The notes beneath the pieces are model-generated. The model worked only from the letters and a program-made list of their open reading frames with translations, made no database searches and was not told the origin of the DNA. A DNA stretch of 63,959 nt, the filler included, from Octopus bimaculoides (taxonomy: Eukaryota): the NCBI RefSeq assembly GCF_001194135.2. It is 6 parts of 6 records of this genome, joined end to end, with 100 filler letters (N's around TTAATTAATTAA, not from the genome) between each part and the next. Parts side by side here need not be neighbours in the genome. Positions count along the whole stretch, not along the records: positions 20,857 to 43,441 come from NC_068982.1; positions 43,542 to 54,880 come from NC_068986.1; 4 more parts are not named here. One strand, written 5' to 3'. Shown here one piece after another: positions 37,076 through 48,283 of the stretch. The position numbers and the translations under genes were made by a program. Position 1 is the first letter of the stretch, and the number at the start of each line of letters is the position of its first letter.

Positions 37076-38866
37076 CTGAAAATTAATACATAAACGACTA
37101 GAGATATGTAAGGATGCAGTGGGCAACTACAGTGTCCTTCTTGTTGCACATTGCTCTGTCCGTTCTCCACAATGCTTGCTCGTGCAACTTCCTACTTGTT
37201 AAACCAGTCTAATGGTTTCCACCGCACAGTCCGCCGGGTTCACTTTTCAAACGAATAGATAGACAAACCTAAGCTCAGAGATTGTTCGAAAGCGGTCGGC
37301 AACTCTCACCATGGTTTAGCTGGCCTGTAGAAGTCGTTGCACGAGATGTGGCTGTTGCTGCATGCAGACAACTTGGAGAAGTCACAGGTGAGAGCAGGGT
37401 GTGAGGTGAAGACCAAAAGCGGATGGTAACAGAAATTTACCAGTATTCTGAAAGGGCAATCAATGCAGAGGTCAATGGTTTATTATTACATAATAACATA
37501 TATTCTATTTTGTACAAAATCACTATTGTACATGACACGACTCAAACGGGGCAAATTCATTGGAACTTCATTAAAATCAAAAAAGACATCATAAAGAAAA
37601 GGAAACGAAATGCAACTAAGATATTCATTTTACCTCTTAACACTTTATGTATGCTAGTAGTTACGAATTTGAATGCACGACCATAACACAAATAACTTCA
37701 AATTTAAAAGAAAGTCGGATTGGATTTTAGTTAGTTTGACAATAACTGCCTCATCTCCGTGAAATGTGCCGTAATGAACAGTGAAGTTTTTATAAATATG
37801 TTTAAACACTTGTGACACAAGTGCCAGGAAATAACAGATCTCCTATCGCCACTTACTTAGTAAACATCAAAATCATTGTATTGATTGAACGGCCTATCAC
37901 ACACGATTCGAAACGGAATAAAATTGATTAAAAGAAACCCATGTTTTTCTCACTCTTAATGAAGGATGATGCACAAAATTGATGTTCTGGGGTTTAGAGT
38001 TACGCCAAGTCAATGCAATGCATATCTTTAGTTGCACAGATTTTGACAACCTCAGCTTAAGTTTCCTTTTGATAATCTCATTAAATAATGTAGATATATT
38101 ATTTTTTTCTCATTCAATGTGTTCCGTCTTTACAAACATCCTTAATTGATTTCTGTTGTTTAATTAAGCGCACCATCTTGAGAGGATTAATTATGTTAAA
38201 CAATGGGAAGCCGTTTGATGTAAATTATTATAACAAACATACATAAATACACATAAATGTATGCGTGTGATTCTATGTGCGCATAGGTTTATGTGTATGT
38301 GCGTGTGTGTGAGTGAGTATGCATAAGTGCTTGTGTGTTTGTGTGCGTGTGGTAAATGTTTCAACCAGTTTCAATAAAGCATTACTTGACACCGTCAATA
38401 TGTTATTTTGACATTGAATGCTGTGATCACAATGGCAGTACATATTCTGTTTCAATCTGGTTTCGTTGAGTATAAAATTATGATTTGTTTAATACGGTTT
38501 TGACATACAGTTTACATATTGCATATCATCGTAACTGAACCCAAGGTTTCGTGTTTCAACGCTGTCCTCGTCTATCCTTGCTTTGCACTTTCTCGCAACC
38601 ATTTCCCTCAACTTGATTTGAACAGTTCTAGGCCTGGCGTTCGTGGAGATCTAGACTCTTCTTCCTTACGTAATCTTCATTCTAATACTATTTGTGCTAT
38701 ACTGACTCGGTTCGTAGCCGTCTGCGAACCCCGCATGCTGGTTGAAAGAGAAAAATATTGGAACCAGAAAGGCTATATAATTCTAAATAACACAACTTGT
38801 TTATCAATAGGATGCAGTAAATATTTTCTTCAGCTGCATAATAATTTGCATCGATCCTATACACAT

Positions 38867-38942
<76 letters not shown>

Positions 38943-39514
38943 GTTTATGCCTCACTAGCATTATGAGTCATGCAAATGGTCAGGTTTTGGATAATTGAAC
39001 TACAGTCAAGTCTTAATTCTTATGCTTTGTAGCCATCTGTTTTACAACAACTAAAACAGTATGGATAACAACCAATTGTTGTAGGTGTTGCTTGGACGCT
39101 TGTACTCTCATTTGAGATGAAGACAAACGCTTCAAAGCATGTAAATTCCTCCGAAAGTTTTAGTGATTCACAATCTGAAGTAAAGTATGCAAGATTTCTG
39201 ACTGTATACACACGTTTCGATTTTGCCTAGTTTTGAGAGGATTTTGCAGTATCGTTGACTGTAATGCTCTTTTAAATTTCACAATTGCTCACCCTATCAA
39301 ATTTCTCAAGCAGGCTTTTGATATAGCTTTAATTTCTCCCTAGAACCTTTTTCCTTATGATTTCATTCACTGGGCTTCATTATCAGGTATACATATTTGG
39401 TCTCGTCACATACATTTGCTTTACAATCGTCTCGACATTCTTTCAAATGTGTTTCTAGATTTCCAAGTTACTTTGATGTCTATATGTAATTGTTAATATC
39501 GGTTTCAAACCTTG

Positions 39515-39705
39515 GCACAACGCTAGCACTTTCAAAGACAGCAGTTAATCGATTATATCGATTCCTAGGGTTCAATTTTTACTTATATTATCAATCCTGA
39601 ATGTATGAATGTCAAACCCGACCTCGCCGGAATTTGAACTCAGAACGGAAGGACGGGTTAATCATTTTCCCCGGCATGCTAATAATTCTGTGGCGTCCCT
39701 GCCTT
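39515..39705 (-). mobile_element. Degenerate SINE family B
   Basis: ttggcacaacgctagc...aatcgattatatcgattcc...cgacctcgccggaatttgaactcagaac. Confidence 0.6.
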
Positions 39706-41233
39706 TTAGTATGTTAATATTAAATATTATTCCAATCATCTTAAAATTCAAATATTTTCTGGTACTTTTTCTTAAATTCTTATGTGTATTATTATTATTA
39801 TTTCGACATGCTTTACAACAACCACCATGCTACTTAATATTTATAATCCTCTAGAATAGTAATAATTCTTTAATCTCTTTCAATGTGTTTGTCCATTCGA
39901 GAAATGCAAATATAAACATATCTTCTTGTGATTTTCATCTTTTAATTATTAAATCTGTTTCAATTTTGTGTTCATGTAAGCTGCACGATTTGTTAAAGCG
40001 CGTAACTAATATCGTTGTCACGACTTTCATTTTGTTTGAGCATATATAAATATCTTCAAAATGTTACTAAGAAATATTAACGCTGGGTATTTTGTTGGTA
40101 TTTAATTTCTGTTCACGACGTATAACTGATATCACATTCGATGAAAGTACCATACATATCATAGTTTGAGAAATTATCAATCATACTTCAAATAAAATTG
40201 TTGGGAAAAGAACACCATGAAATCAAAGCAAACCTATTTTACAGAATATTATATTGAACGTATGGTAAGTTCCACGAACAAAAATGCTTAAAATTTATTC
40301 AAGTCAAATTGTTGAAAATTATTTTCTATTAACCATACAAGCTAAACTATTTCTTGTTAATATTCACTTGTATACTTCGAGGTGTACATGTACCGAGTGA
40401 TTATTTAGGCACACTCTTGGAAGACACGTATATCACCACCGACCCCTACACACCGAAAACTCATTTTATCAATTCTACTACTTCACTCAATTGATATATT
40501 TAAACATATTGTTGTACTTTAATATATTAAAACGCTCTCTATACCAAATATGATACACTATTGTTAAATTATATTTTTCAACAAAAATAACTAGAGATTT
40601 GCGACGTTATTTATGAAACTGAATGAAACTATTGTTAAATGTCCTATAGATAAATGCATAAAGTATGTCAATATGTTATACTAAATGTGTTGAAAGTACA
40701 TTACATTTTAAGAGCGATAAAGCAAATAATACATTAAAAGAAAATATATTCAATGGGAAAGAGAAGGCAAATTATATTTAACAAAGGAAAATATGCAATT
40801 TTAGAATTCCCGACTCACAGTTAATGACATTTCTAAATCGAAAATGGCACTATATGTAAATGGAAAGTATTGCCGCAGGCTGAATTACAATTTCAATTCA
40901 TAGAACATGGATTTAGAAAGTATAACTGAACGTATCATAAGAAGTAAATCCGAAATTTCGTCGCATTTCCGCTGAAGGTGGAAGTAGAAATGAGTAACAT
41001 TTCTACTGTAGATTATTATGTTCTTGACACTGTTAGTGATATAAATAACGAGAACACATTGAAATACATTTTACAAGTGTCAGAAGCACACATTCACTGA
41101 TCCGTTTATAAGATGATCACCAGGTAACTAATTTCACTCACGCACGCACAAACACACACGCATACACACACATACACATACACATTTGGAAGGAGGGGAG
41201 GATAGATAGATAGATATATAGATAGATAGATAT

Positions 41234-41267
<34 letters not shown>

Positions 41268-42071
41268 GGATAGATAGATAATACATACATACATACATAC
41301 ATACACACAAAAAGTGATCTGCAATATTATCTTGGTATAGCGAGTTGGATAACCTCAAGCATAGAAAAGGTTTGTATAAATAATATAAACTAGATGATAA
41401 TCGATCAACAAGTCTTATTGATCACTGTATTCCATACACTTAGTCCCATATCGAATTAGATAGAAATGCCAAAAAGATGACCGCTGCTCTACAACTCCTG
41501 TATACAGCACCAACAGTTGCTAAGTATGCGATAACTAATTTTGTGTAGGAATGAAATAGGGAGTTACGTTCTACATATGTTTCGGAAGACTCAACGAGGG
41601 AAATCATGCACAATTCATTCATTGTAACAGTCGAAAGACATTGGAGTGTGAATTGATCAAGCAATCAATCACATTGCCTCCTCTAAAAAAACTAGTAACT
41701 ATTGAAATATACTAAGTGTTTCAGTTTCTCTTCATGGATTCCTTTCGTCTTTGGACGCATAAGAAACCGTTAAAAAATACCCGAAGGAAAGAAACACTGA
41801 ACATTTATGAGGCACATCCAAGTTACATAATATGCGTTCCTCGAATATTTTGAAACGTATGTTGTATACAACTGCTTTTTCCATTCCCAGGAGTTAAATA
41901 ACAACGAAAATATAATTATAGATCTTGCACTATTACCTATTAATAAAGTAACAAACTGAGCAAAAGAAATCCTTCAAAAGGTTTGTTAAACATCCAATTC
42001 ACTGGTACTTCGGTTGGATTCTGTATAAATATTGGTATAATTCAATTATAAAGATAAACTAAATATAGAGA

Positions 42072-42407
42072 TATTCTATTGATAATCCAGTAATTTATTT
42101 ATATTACAATATTAAATTAAATACTATCATTATAATATACAACATAACATAATATTATATGAATGATTACAAGAAACCATAAAAGTCCAACAGATTGGTT
42201 CGATTTATATTTTTACTGAAGTGACTTATATATAGTGGAACTGTGATTATGTTTGTAATGAAAAATTTATATAATCGAAACAATTTGTTTCTCTTTTTTA
42301 TGGTTTTTATAATCATTTTTATAATATTATGTTATGTTGTATATTATTTTCATAGTATTTAATGTAATATTGTAATATAAATAAAATATTGGGTTGTCAA
42401 TAGAATA
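42072..42407. repeat. Long AT-rich foldback element (about 143-bp arms, about 46-nt loop)
   Basis: 42072-42214 is the reverse complement of about 42261-42407, e.g. ataatatacaacataacataatattata / tataatattatgttatgttgtatattat; weaker pairing extends outward. Confidence 0.9.
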
Positions 42408-42467
42408 ACACAACATTCAATTCATCTGTATTTATTATATAAATATTCAACTATACAAAAGCAGGGA

Positions 42468-42580
42468 GGTACCAAAATCGTTAATATGCCGGGCAAAATG
42501 CTTAGCGGAATTTCGTCCACCTTTACGTTGTGAGTTGAAATTTCGCCGATATTGAATTTGTCTTTCCTCATTTCAGAGTC
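42468..42580 (+). mobile_element. SINE family B 5' fragment
   Basis: aatcgttaatatgccgggcaaaatgcttagcggaatttcgtcc..ttacgttgtgagttgaaattt. Confidence 0.6.
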
Positions 42581-42609
42581 GATGGAAATTTTTCTTATAT
42601 ATTTGTAGT

Positions 42610-43441
42610 TTCCTTTTGGATGAGTTTTTTACGAAGAAAAGAGTATCATCACTATACAGACCACCCCCTATTTTTGGAAATTCACTATTTGAATTCAATA
42701 AAAAGTATATATTCCTACATGATCTGTCACCTGCGCCAAATCGGCAAATTTTATTGTAACGTCAAAACAATCATAGGTATGACATCTATTATCAAAATGT
42801 AGAACCCATTTTCTAGCTGCTAATATTAGATTTATTTCATTTACACTCAGCTGTGTATGTTGCCTAGTCAAACGAGGTGCATTATTAAGATTATAGGTTT
42901 AATGTAGGGATAATAATGATTAATATCAATTTGTAAGAACTTATATTTGTTCTTGTTTTCAATATTGCTGAACTAACTTTTTGACTTCTGTCTATTAGAC
43001 CGACGCTACACTTTAATCTTTGTGTTTCAATTCAGTTATATATTTGTAGATAATAAATTTATTCACTTTCCCTATGTGTGATTTTCCTGCGCAAATTAAT
43101 CTCACTTTCGTGTCATTTTCAAAATTTACTTTACGGTCCTTCAATGTGATTCTCACCCTCAGTGGAATGAAAGGTTCTCTCCTACCATTTATAGAATAAT
43201 TTGACGTCATTTTATTAAATTGAAGATTAATCGAGCTTGATATAATTTTATTAAATACCTTATATTTCTTAGTGGCTTCCTTTGTAATTAGTTCATGATA
43301 TTTTCTAATGTTTAAAATGGAAATATTTTCTGTTTCGTCACATTGAGCTATAATACCGTCTTTTGTTTATACTGCTTTCCTAAGAGGGTGCTTAACAAAT
43401 TTAACATTCTTTAATATATTCCACAGATCTTCTTCGAAATA
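42610..43441 (-). mobile_element. Decayed Penelope-like element reverse transcriptase (Naiad/Chlamys-type)
   Basis: Minus translation FEEDLWNILKNVKF..LITKEATKKYK..RITLKDRKVNFENDTKVRLICAGKSHIGKVNK..NIENKNKYKFLQIDINHYYPYI..EINLILAARKWVL..FDVT..HVGIY..GLYSDD (42645-42656). These are colinear with PLE motifs ITLKDHK.NF..CRLINP.KSE.G, FDI..FYPSI, FDVTMG and GLYRDDG; stops and frameshifts present. Confidence 0.85.
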
Positions 43442-43541
43442 NNNNNNNNNNNNNNNNNNNNNNNNNNNNNNNNNNNNNNNNNNNNTTAATTAATTAANNN
43501 NNNNNNNNNNNNNNNNNNNNNNNNNNNNNNNNNNNNNNNNN
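43442..43541. other. Artificial 100-bp scaffold join
   Basis: 44 N + TTAATTAATTAA + 44 N. Confidence 0.97.
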
Positions 43542-43745
43542 GTTTGGATCTTTCTTCAGCAGCGTTACGGCTCCTCGACTCACAAAACCGGGAATGCTCC
43601 CGTTTTGCTGCCAGTTGCAGTACACCGCCACCAAGACGTCTCCAAACAAGTCTGGCTTACAGTTGTAAAGCTCGTAGGGCAGACCATCCAAACCCGGAGA
43701 TTTGTCCCTCGAGCATCCCGCCATCGCGTCCCTCACTTCCGCCGC
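43542..43745 (-). mobile_element. Tx1/L1-type LINE ORF2 fragment (start of the RT domain)
   Basis: KSPGLDGLPYELY..DLFGDVLVAVYCNWQQNGSIPGFVSRGAVTLLKKD matches the K(S/A)PG.DG.P.E.Y...G.IP......LL.K block of APE-type LINE RTs. Confidence 0.8.
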
Positions 43746-43776
43746 CGTGATGGCACCTTCGCAGCACTCCGCCTCT

Positions 43777-43815
<39 letters not shown>

Positions 43816-44299
43816 TGTATACATACATAATGTCAGGTCGTTTGCGAGAGCTGCTGGCACCATGTAATCCAGTACAAGCCGCTTCATGGTCGGGTCGTCG
43901 GTGACTTACCTGGCAACCTCACTCACCTAGCTTATTAAGGAGGCTGGTTGAACGTCCTGCAGGATGAAAAACAAAACCTGTCAAAGGACGGATAAACTCA
44001 TGAAATACAACGGTCATCCAATAATCTGTACACGGGCTTAATCCTGCTATTTCTCGAGTGCAGTGGTAGTTTCTGCAGTAACCATTGACAAACTGGTGGC
44101 TTTAGTGCAGAAAGCAGAGTGGCTGCGCAGACGATCGATACGTTTTCAAAAATGGCGAACCACAAGAGGTTCAGTCAGCAGAAAACCACGAGAGTAGCAT
44201 TGGAAAATATGATGAACGACTTTATTCCATTTTCGAACCTTATTTAGTTCTCATCAGACGTGTCTACGACACTTGTACAATCCTGTGTATGTGCGAATA

Positions 44300-44824
44300 C
44301 AGGAGTCCCTCACCATATCGTGGTTCACCTATCGCGGTTCACCTATTGCGGTTTATTATTTAAGCATACGTCGATTCCTCCGTGGTGGTGTGTATTGCAT
44401 TTATAATAAAACAAGAATATTTAGAGAGCGCAAACTTCTGCCAAGGCAACACCAACGTCCTCTCAACTATTACCCAGAGATGATTTTTAAAATGAGAATA
44501 TCTGAAAGAAACTCGATTGCTCTCTCTCAAACGAGGATACTAAAAATGAACCTGACTGCTCTCAAAAATTAAGTAAAAAACCCTCGGAAAAATAATTCAG
44601 AATCCTTGTCTGGTACCGCCTCGATCCCAAAATTTAATCAGTTCGTGCTAGTCACGAGGCCAAGCATCCTTGAAAGTTTTATTCGAATCCATCCAGCGGT
44701 TCTTGAGATATCTTGTCCACGGACAAACAAACAAACGCGACTAAAAACAATACCTCCGCCTTAGCGAAAGCGGAGGTAATAATATATACAAATTATAAAA
44801 ATAAAACAAGAAATATATATACAG
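44300..44824. mobile_element. pogo/Tigger-like MITE interrupted by a HINE and cut by a gap
   Basis: ta-caggagtccctcaccatatcg..tacgtcgattcctccgtgg..gcatttataataa matches 7688; the sequence resumes aatatatacaaattata at 44781. Confidence 0.65.
44409..44780 (-). mobile_element. Helentron-type non-autonomous element (HINE/DINE-1-like)
   Basis: Terminal hairpin tacctccgc / gcggaggta (44751-44778), subterminal inverted copy acttctgccaagg near the other end, internal (ACAA)n microsatellite, A/T-rich insertion site with no TSD. Confidence 0.6.
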
Positions 44825-45879
44825 NNNNNNNNNNNNNNNNNNNNNNNNNNNNNNNNNNNNNNNNNNNNNNNNNNNNNNNNNNNNNNNNNNNNNNNNNNNN
44901 NNNNNNNNNNNNNNNNNNNNNNNNNNNNNNNNNNNNNNNNNNNNNNNNNNNNNNNNNNNNNNNNNNNNNNNNNNNNNNNNNNNNNNNNNNNNNNNNNNNN
45001 NNNNNNNNNNNNNNNNNNNNNNNNNNNNNNNNNNNNNNNNNNNNNNNNNNNNNNNNNNNNNNNNNNNNNNNNNNNNNNNNNNNNNNNNNNNNNNNNNNNN
45101 NNNNNNNNNNNNNNNNNNNNNNNNNNNNNNNNNNNNNNNNNNNNNNNNNNNNNNNNNNNNNNNNNNNNNNNNNNNNNNNNNNNNNNNNNNNNNNNNNNNN
45201 NNNNNNNNNNNNNNNNNNNNNNNNNNNNNNNNNNNNNNNNNNNNNNNNNNNNNNNNNNNNNNNNNNNNNNNNNNNNNNNNNNNNNNNNNNNNNNNNNNNN
45301 NNNNNNNNNNNNNNNNNNNNNNNNNNNNNNNNNNNNNNNNNNNNNNNNNNNNNNNNNNNNNNNNNNNNNNNNNNNNNNNNNNNNNNNNNNNNNNNNNNNN
45401 NNNNNNNNNNNNNNNNNNNNNNNNNNNNNNNNNNNNNNNNNNNNNNNNNNNNNNNNNNNNNNNNNNNNNNNNNNNNNNNNNNNNNNNNNNNNNNNNNNNN
45501 NNNNNNNNNNNNNNNNNNNNNNNNNNNNNNNNNNNNNNGTTAATACTTCATTTAGAGAATTAACATTGCTTGTTTTCACCTTTTCAATATCAGTGAAGAA
45601 TTTCACTGGAAAAGAAGATATAAGTTTGCCAGGTTTTTGTCTCTCTCACCAAGGTCATCAGCTGTCGAACGCCGACGAAGGGAAATAACCCTGAAATCCG
45701 GATACGTTCGTGCTGCTGATCGAGGTGAGAGGGATAACTTCCCTTGGCAAACAGGACACAGTCGTGTGTCGATAAGCCAGCTGGAGGAGATGTCCTCCTG
45801 GGGCTAAAAGCAACAGTAACATCCACCCCTAGGGGTCAGCCACACTTAAGTGGCAATATACTATATATACATCATTTAT

Positions 45880-46010
45880 CTTTTATCTTTTACCTTTTAC
45901 ATATTTCAGCCATTAAATTGCGGCCACGCTGGGGCACCGCTTTCAAGAATTTTTAGTCGAATGAATCGACCCCAGTATTTATTCTACCGATCTCTGTTGT
46001 CAAACAATAG
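45880..46010 (-). mobile_element. SINE family A 3' fragment
   Basis: tttcagccattaaattgcggccacgctggggcaccgc...ttagtcga..aatcgacccca. Confidence 0.6.
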
Positions 46011-46015
46011 TGGAA

Positions 46016-46048
<33 letters not shown>

Positions 46049-46069
46049 TTATATATACATTTGTATATA

Positions 46070-46290
46070 CAGTAATCCCTCGCCTATCGCAGGTGTTACA
46101 TTCCAGCCTCCACCTCCGTGATAGGTGAAAATCCGCGAAGTAGAAACAGTACTGTGATTTCTTTTCTATTATTTTTATAATTTTTGTATATTTATTTTAT
46201 TACAAATGCAAAACAACATCACGGAGGAATCGACGTAAGCTTAAATAATAAACCGCGATAGGTGAACCGCGATGAGGCGAAGTATTACTG
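46070..46290. mobile_element. pogo/Tigger-like MITE, opposite orientation to the 7688 copy
   Basis: ta-cagtaatccctcgcctatcgc ... gcgatgaggcgaagtattactg; internal acggaggaatcgacgtaag. Confidence 0.8.
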
Positions 46291-46379
46291 CACGAAATGT
46301 ATGCGTATAAGCAAATATTTATTCTGTACTGGCGAAACAGGCCGAACATGAATCAAATGATTCAGTGATTACCTTCCAG

Positions 46380-46740
46380 CCGTGGCGGCTTCCAAAAACT
46401 TGTATTTTAGTTGTCGCCTCTCAATTCCTCCAGACCGCCCACCTGTGCCAACGAGACTCAGCTACATTAAACTCACATGGTCTTTCCCATCATAACGTTT
46501 TCGTTTCTGTCCTCTCCGGCGCCATGACACTCCTGTCCAAGAACTAAGATGAACCTTCTGGCCGAGGGCGGCTTTCCCTGGTGGAATCAATCATCGATTA
46601 GGCTTTCTTTGACACTCCCGCCCATATTTACTTTCTCTTGAATTCACGCCAACCGGTTCTTCTTTCCGCTGACACACGTCATTGTGGTGCCGTTCACAGT
46701 AAGGTTGCAAGCTTTCACTCGCTACTTATCGCCCACTGAA
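46380..46740 (-). promoter_or_regulatory. CpG-rich unique segment; candidate promoter/first exon of the minus-strand gene
   Basis: Raised GC and CpG, GC box ctcccgccc 46615-46623, CRE-like cacgtca 46675-46681, consensus minus-strand donor cat/gtgagt at 46477/46476. Confidence 0.25.
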
Positions 46741-46855
46741 CATGTCATCACTTATGTGGAGGTGTATGTATGTATACACACACGCACGGACACATACATA
46801 TATATACATGCAGGCACACACACACATATATGTGTGTGTGTGTATGTGTGCATGT

Positions 46856-46890
<35 letters not shown>

Positions 46891-46900
46891 NNNNNNNNNN

Positions 46901-46938
<38 letters not shown>

Positions 46939-47111
46939 GCCCACACACACCCACACATATATATACATATATATGTGTATTTTCATATGTATATGTATAA
47001 ATATGTATATATGTATATATATGTGTGTATATACACACACAAATACATACACGCACAATACACATACATACAAATATATACGCGTATGTGCGTGTACCTC
47101 AGTGTGTCTGC

Positions 47112-47152
<41 letters not shown>

Positions 47153-48139
47153 GAGTGAGTATACCATATGTTGTGTACACCCCCTCTATCCATACTCCTT
47201 CCCCACCACACTACACCATCCTCATCTCATCACTGCCACATCACCCACCCAATCCCACCATCCTTCTCCCTCTCGTCTACTCATCATCTCACACATGTTT
47301 CTGCTGTCACTGCTTACCTGGCACCTCAGTCCACTCCACTGCGCATGACCGACAATCACACACCTCCTATTACACTCTTATCTGCCTGAAACAACACATA
47401 CTTCGGCCCACGTTCGTTCCGCTATTTGTAAACTATGCTTGTTCAGTAGAACACATAAACTATATTTTTTCTAATCTTTAAAATTATATTTTGTTTTCTT
47501 TATCTTGATGAAGAGCTTCCAGCCCGAAACCTTGAAATTTGTCTCTTTCTCTCGTGACCTAATACCACAACACACCAATTTTGTACTTTTTATTTCGCCG
47601 CTGTTCTTCAATCATTATATTGCTTATTAAATCATAGGTACTCCATTCGCAGCAACTTGTCTTGCTGAAAATAGCAGTCAGGTCTCCCTCAAATCACACT
47701 ATCGTTTTAATGTAGGACACATTAGGTAAAATATTTCTAGATACACCATGACTAAGTAAATGACAAGATGGCTACACAGCAAACATATTTTACCGGGGAT
47801 TAGCACATCCCTGATTTGAACACCTTGAGTCAAGGTCGAGGTGGAACTAAACCCTCCCACAGCAAAATATAATCCTTAGTGTGGTGGCGGTGGTGTTGGT
47901 GGTAGCGATGCATGTGTAATTTGTGAATGTAGAGGACGGGTTTAACGTGTCACTAGACTTATAAAGACATTACACAAAACAGCCTACATAACACCAGAAC
48001 ACAATGTCACCATTTCGACATAATACCACGACGACCACACTCTCTCACACACATACAGGCACACACACATATACACACACGTTCACACACACATACACGC
48101 ACACTCACGCACACACTATTACATTACTCACGTATCGTC

Positions 48140-48231
48140 ACTACTATTATATTCTACTATCTCTACTAACCCCAAGATTCCGAGTTCGATGCCAGGCAGT
48201 GACCTGAATAATAATAATAATAATAATAATG

Positions 48232-48283
<52 letters not shown>

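Noticed and set aside
39380-39490. Minus-strand YI*TSK*LGNLETHLKECRDDCK resembling a GIY-YIG L..RL.EH motif
   Set aside because: Two stops, spacing off and the key residues R and H substituted; too weak without a profile search.
41555-41610. Minus-strand cgaaac-atat-gta motif resembling hammerhead stem III
   Set aside because: The CUGANGA core is corrupted (ctcgttga) and no stem II can form.
42610-43745. One continuous retroelement ORF across the join
   Set aside because: The left piece is a PLE-type RT and the right piece an APE-LINE (Tx1/L1) RT; they are unrelated and separated by an artificial linker.
43820-45845. GC-rich segments 43820-44010 and 45630-45845 as parts of one LINE 5' region
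   Set aside because: Based on recall only; no ORF, no internal homolog in the window, and a 714-N gap intervenes.
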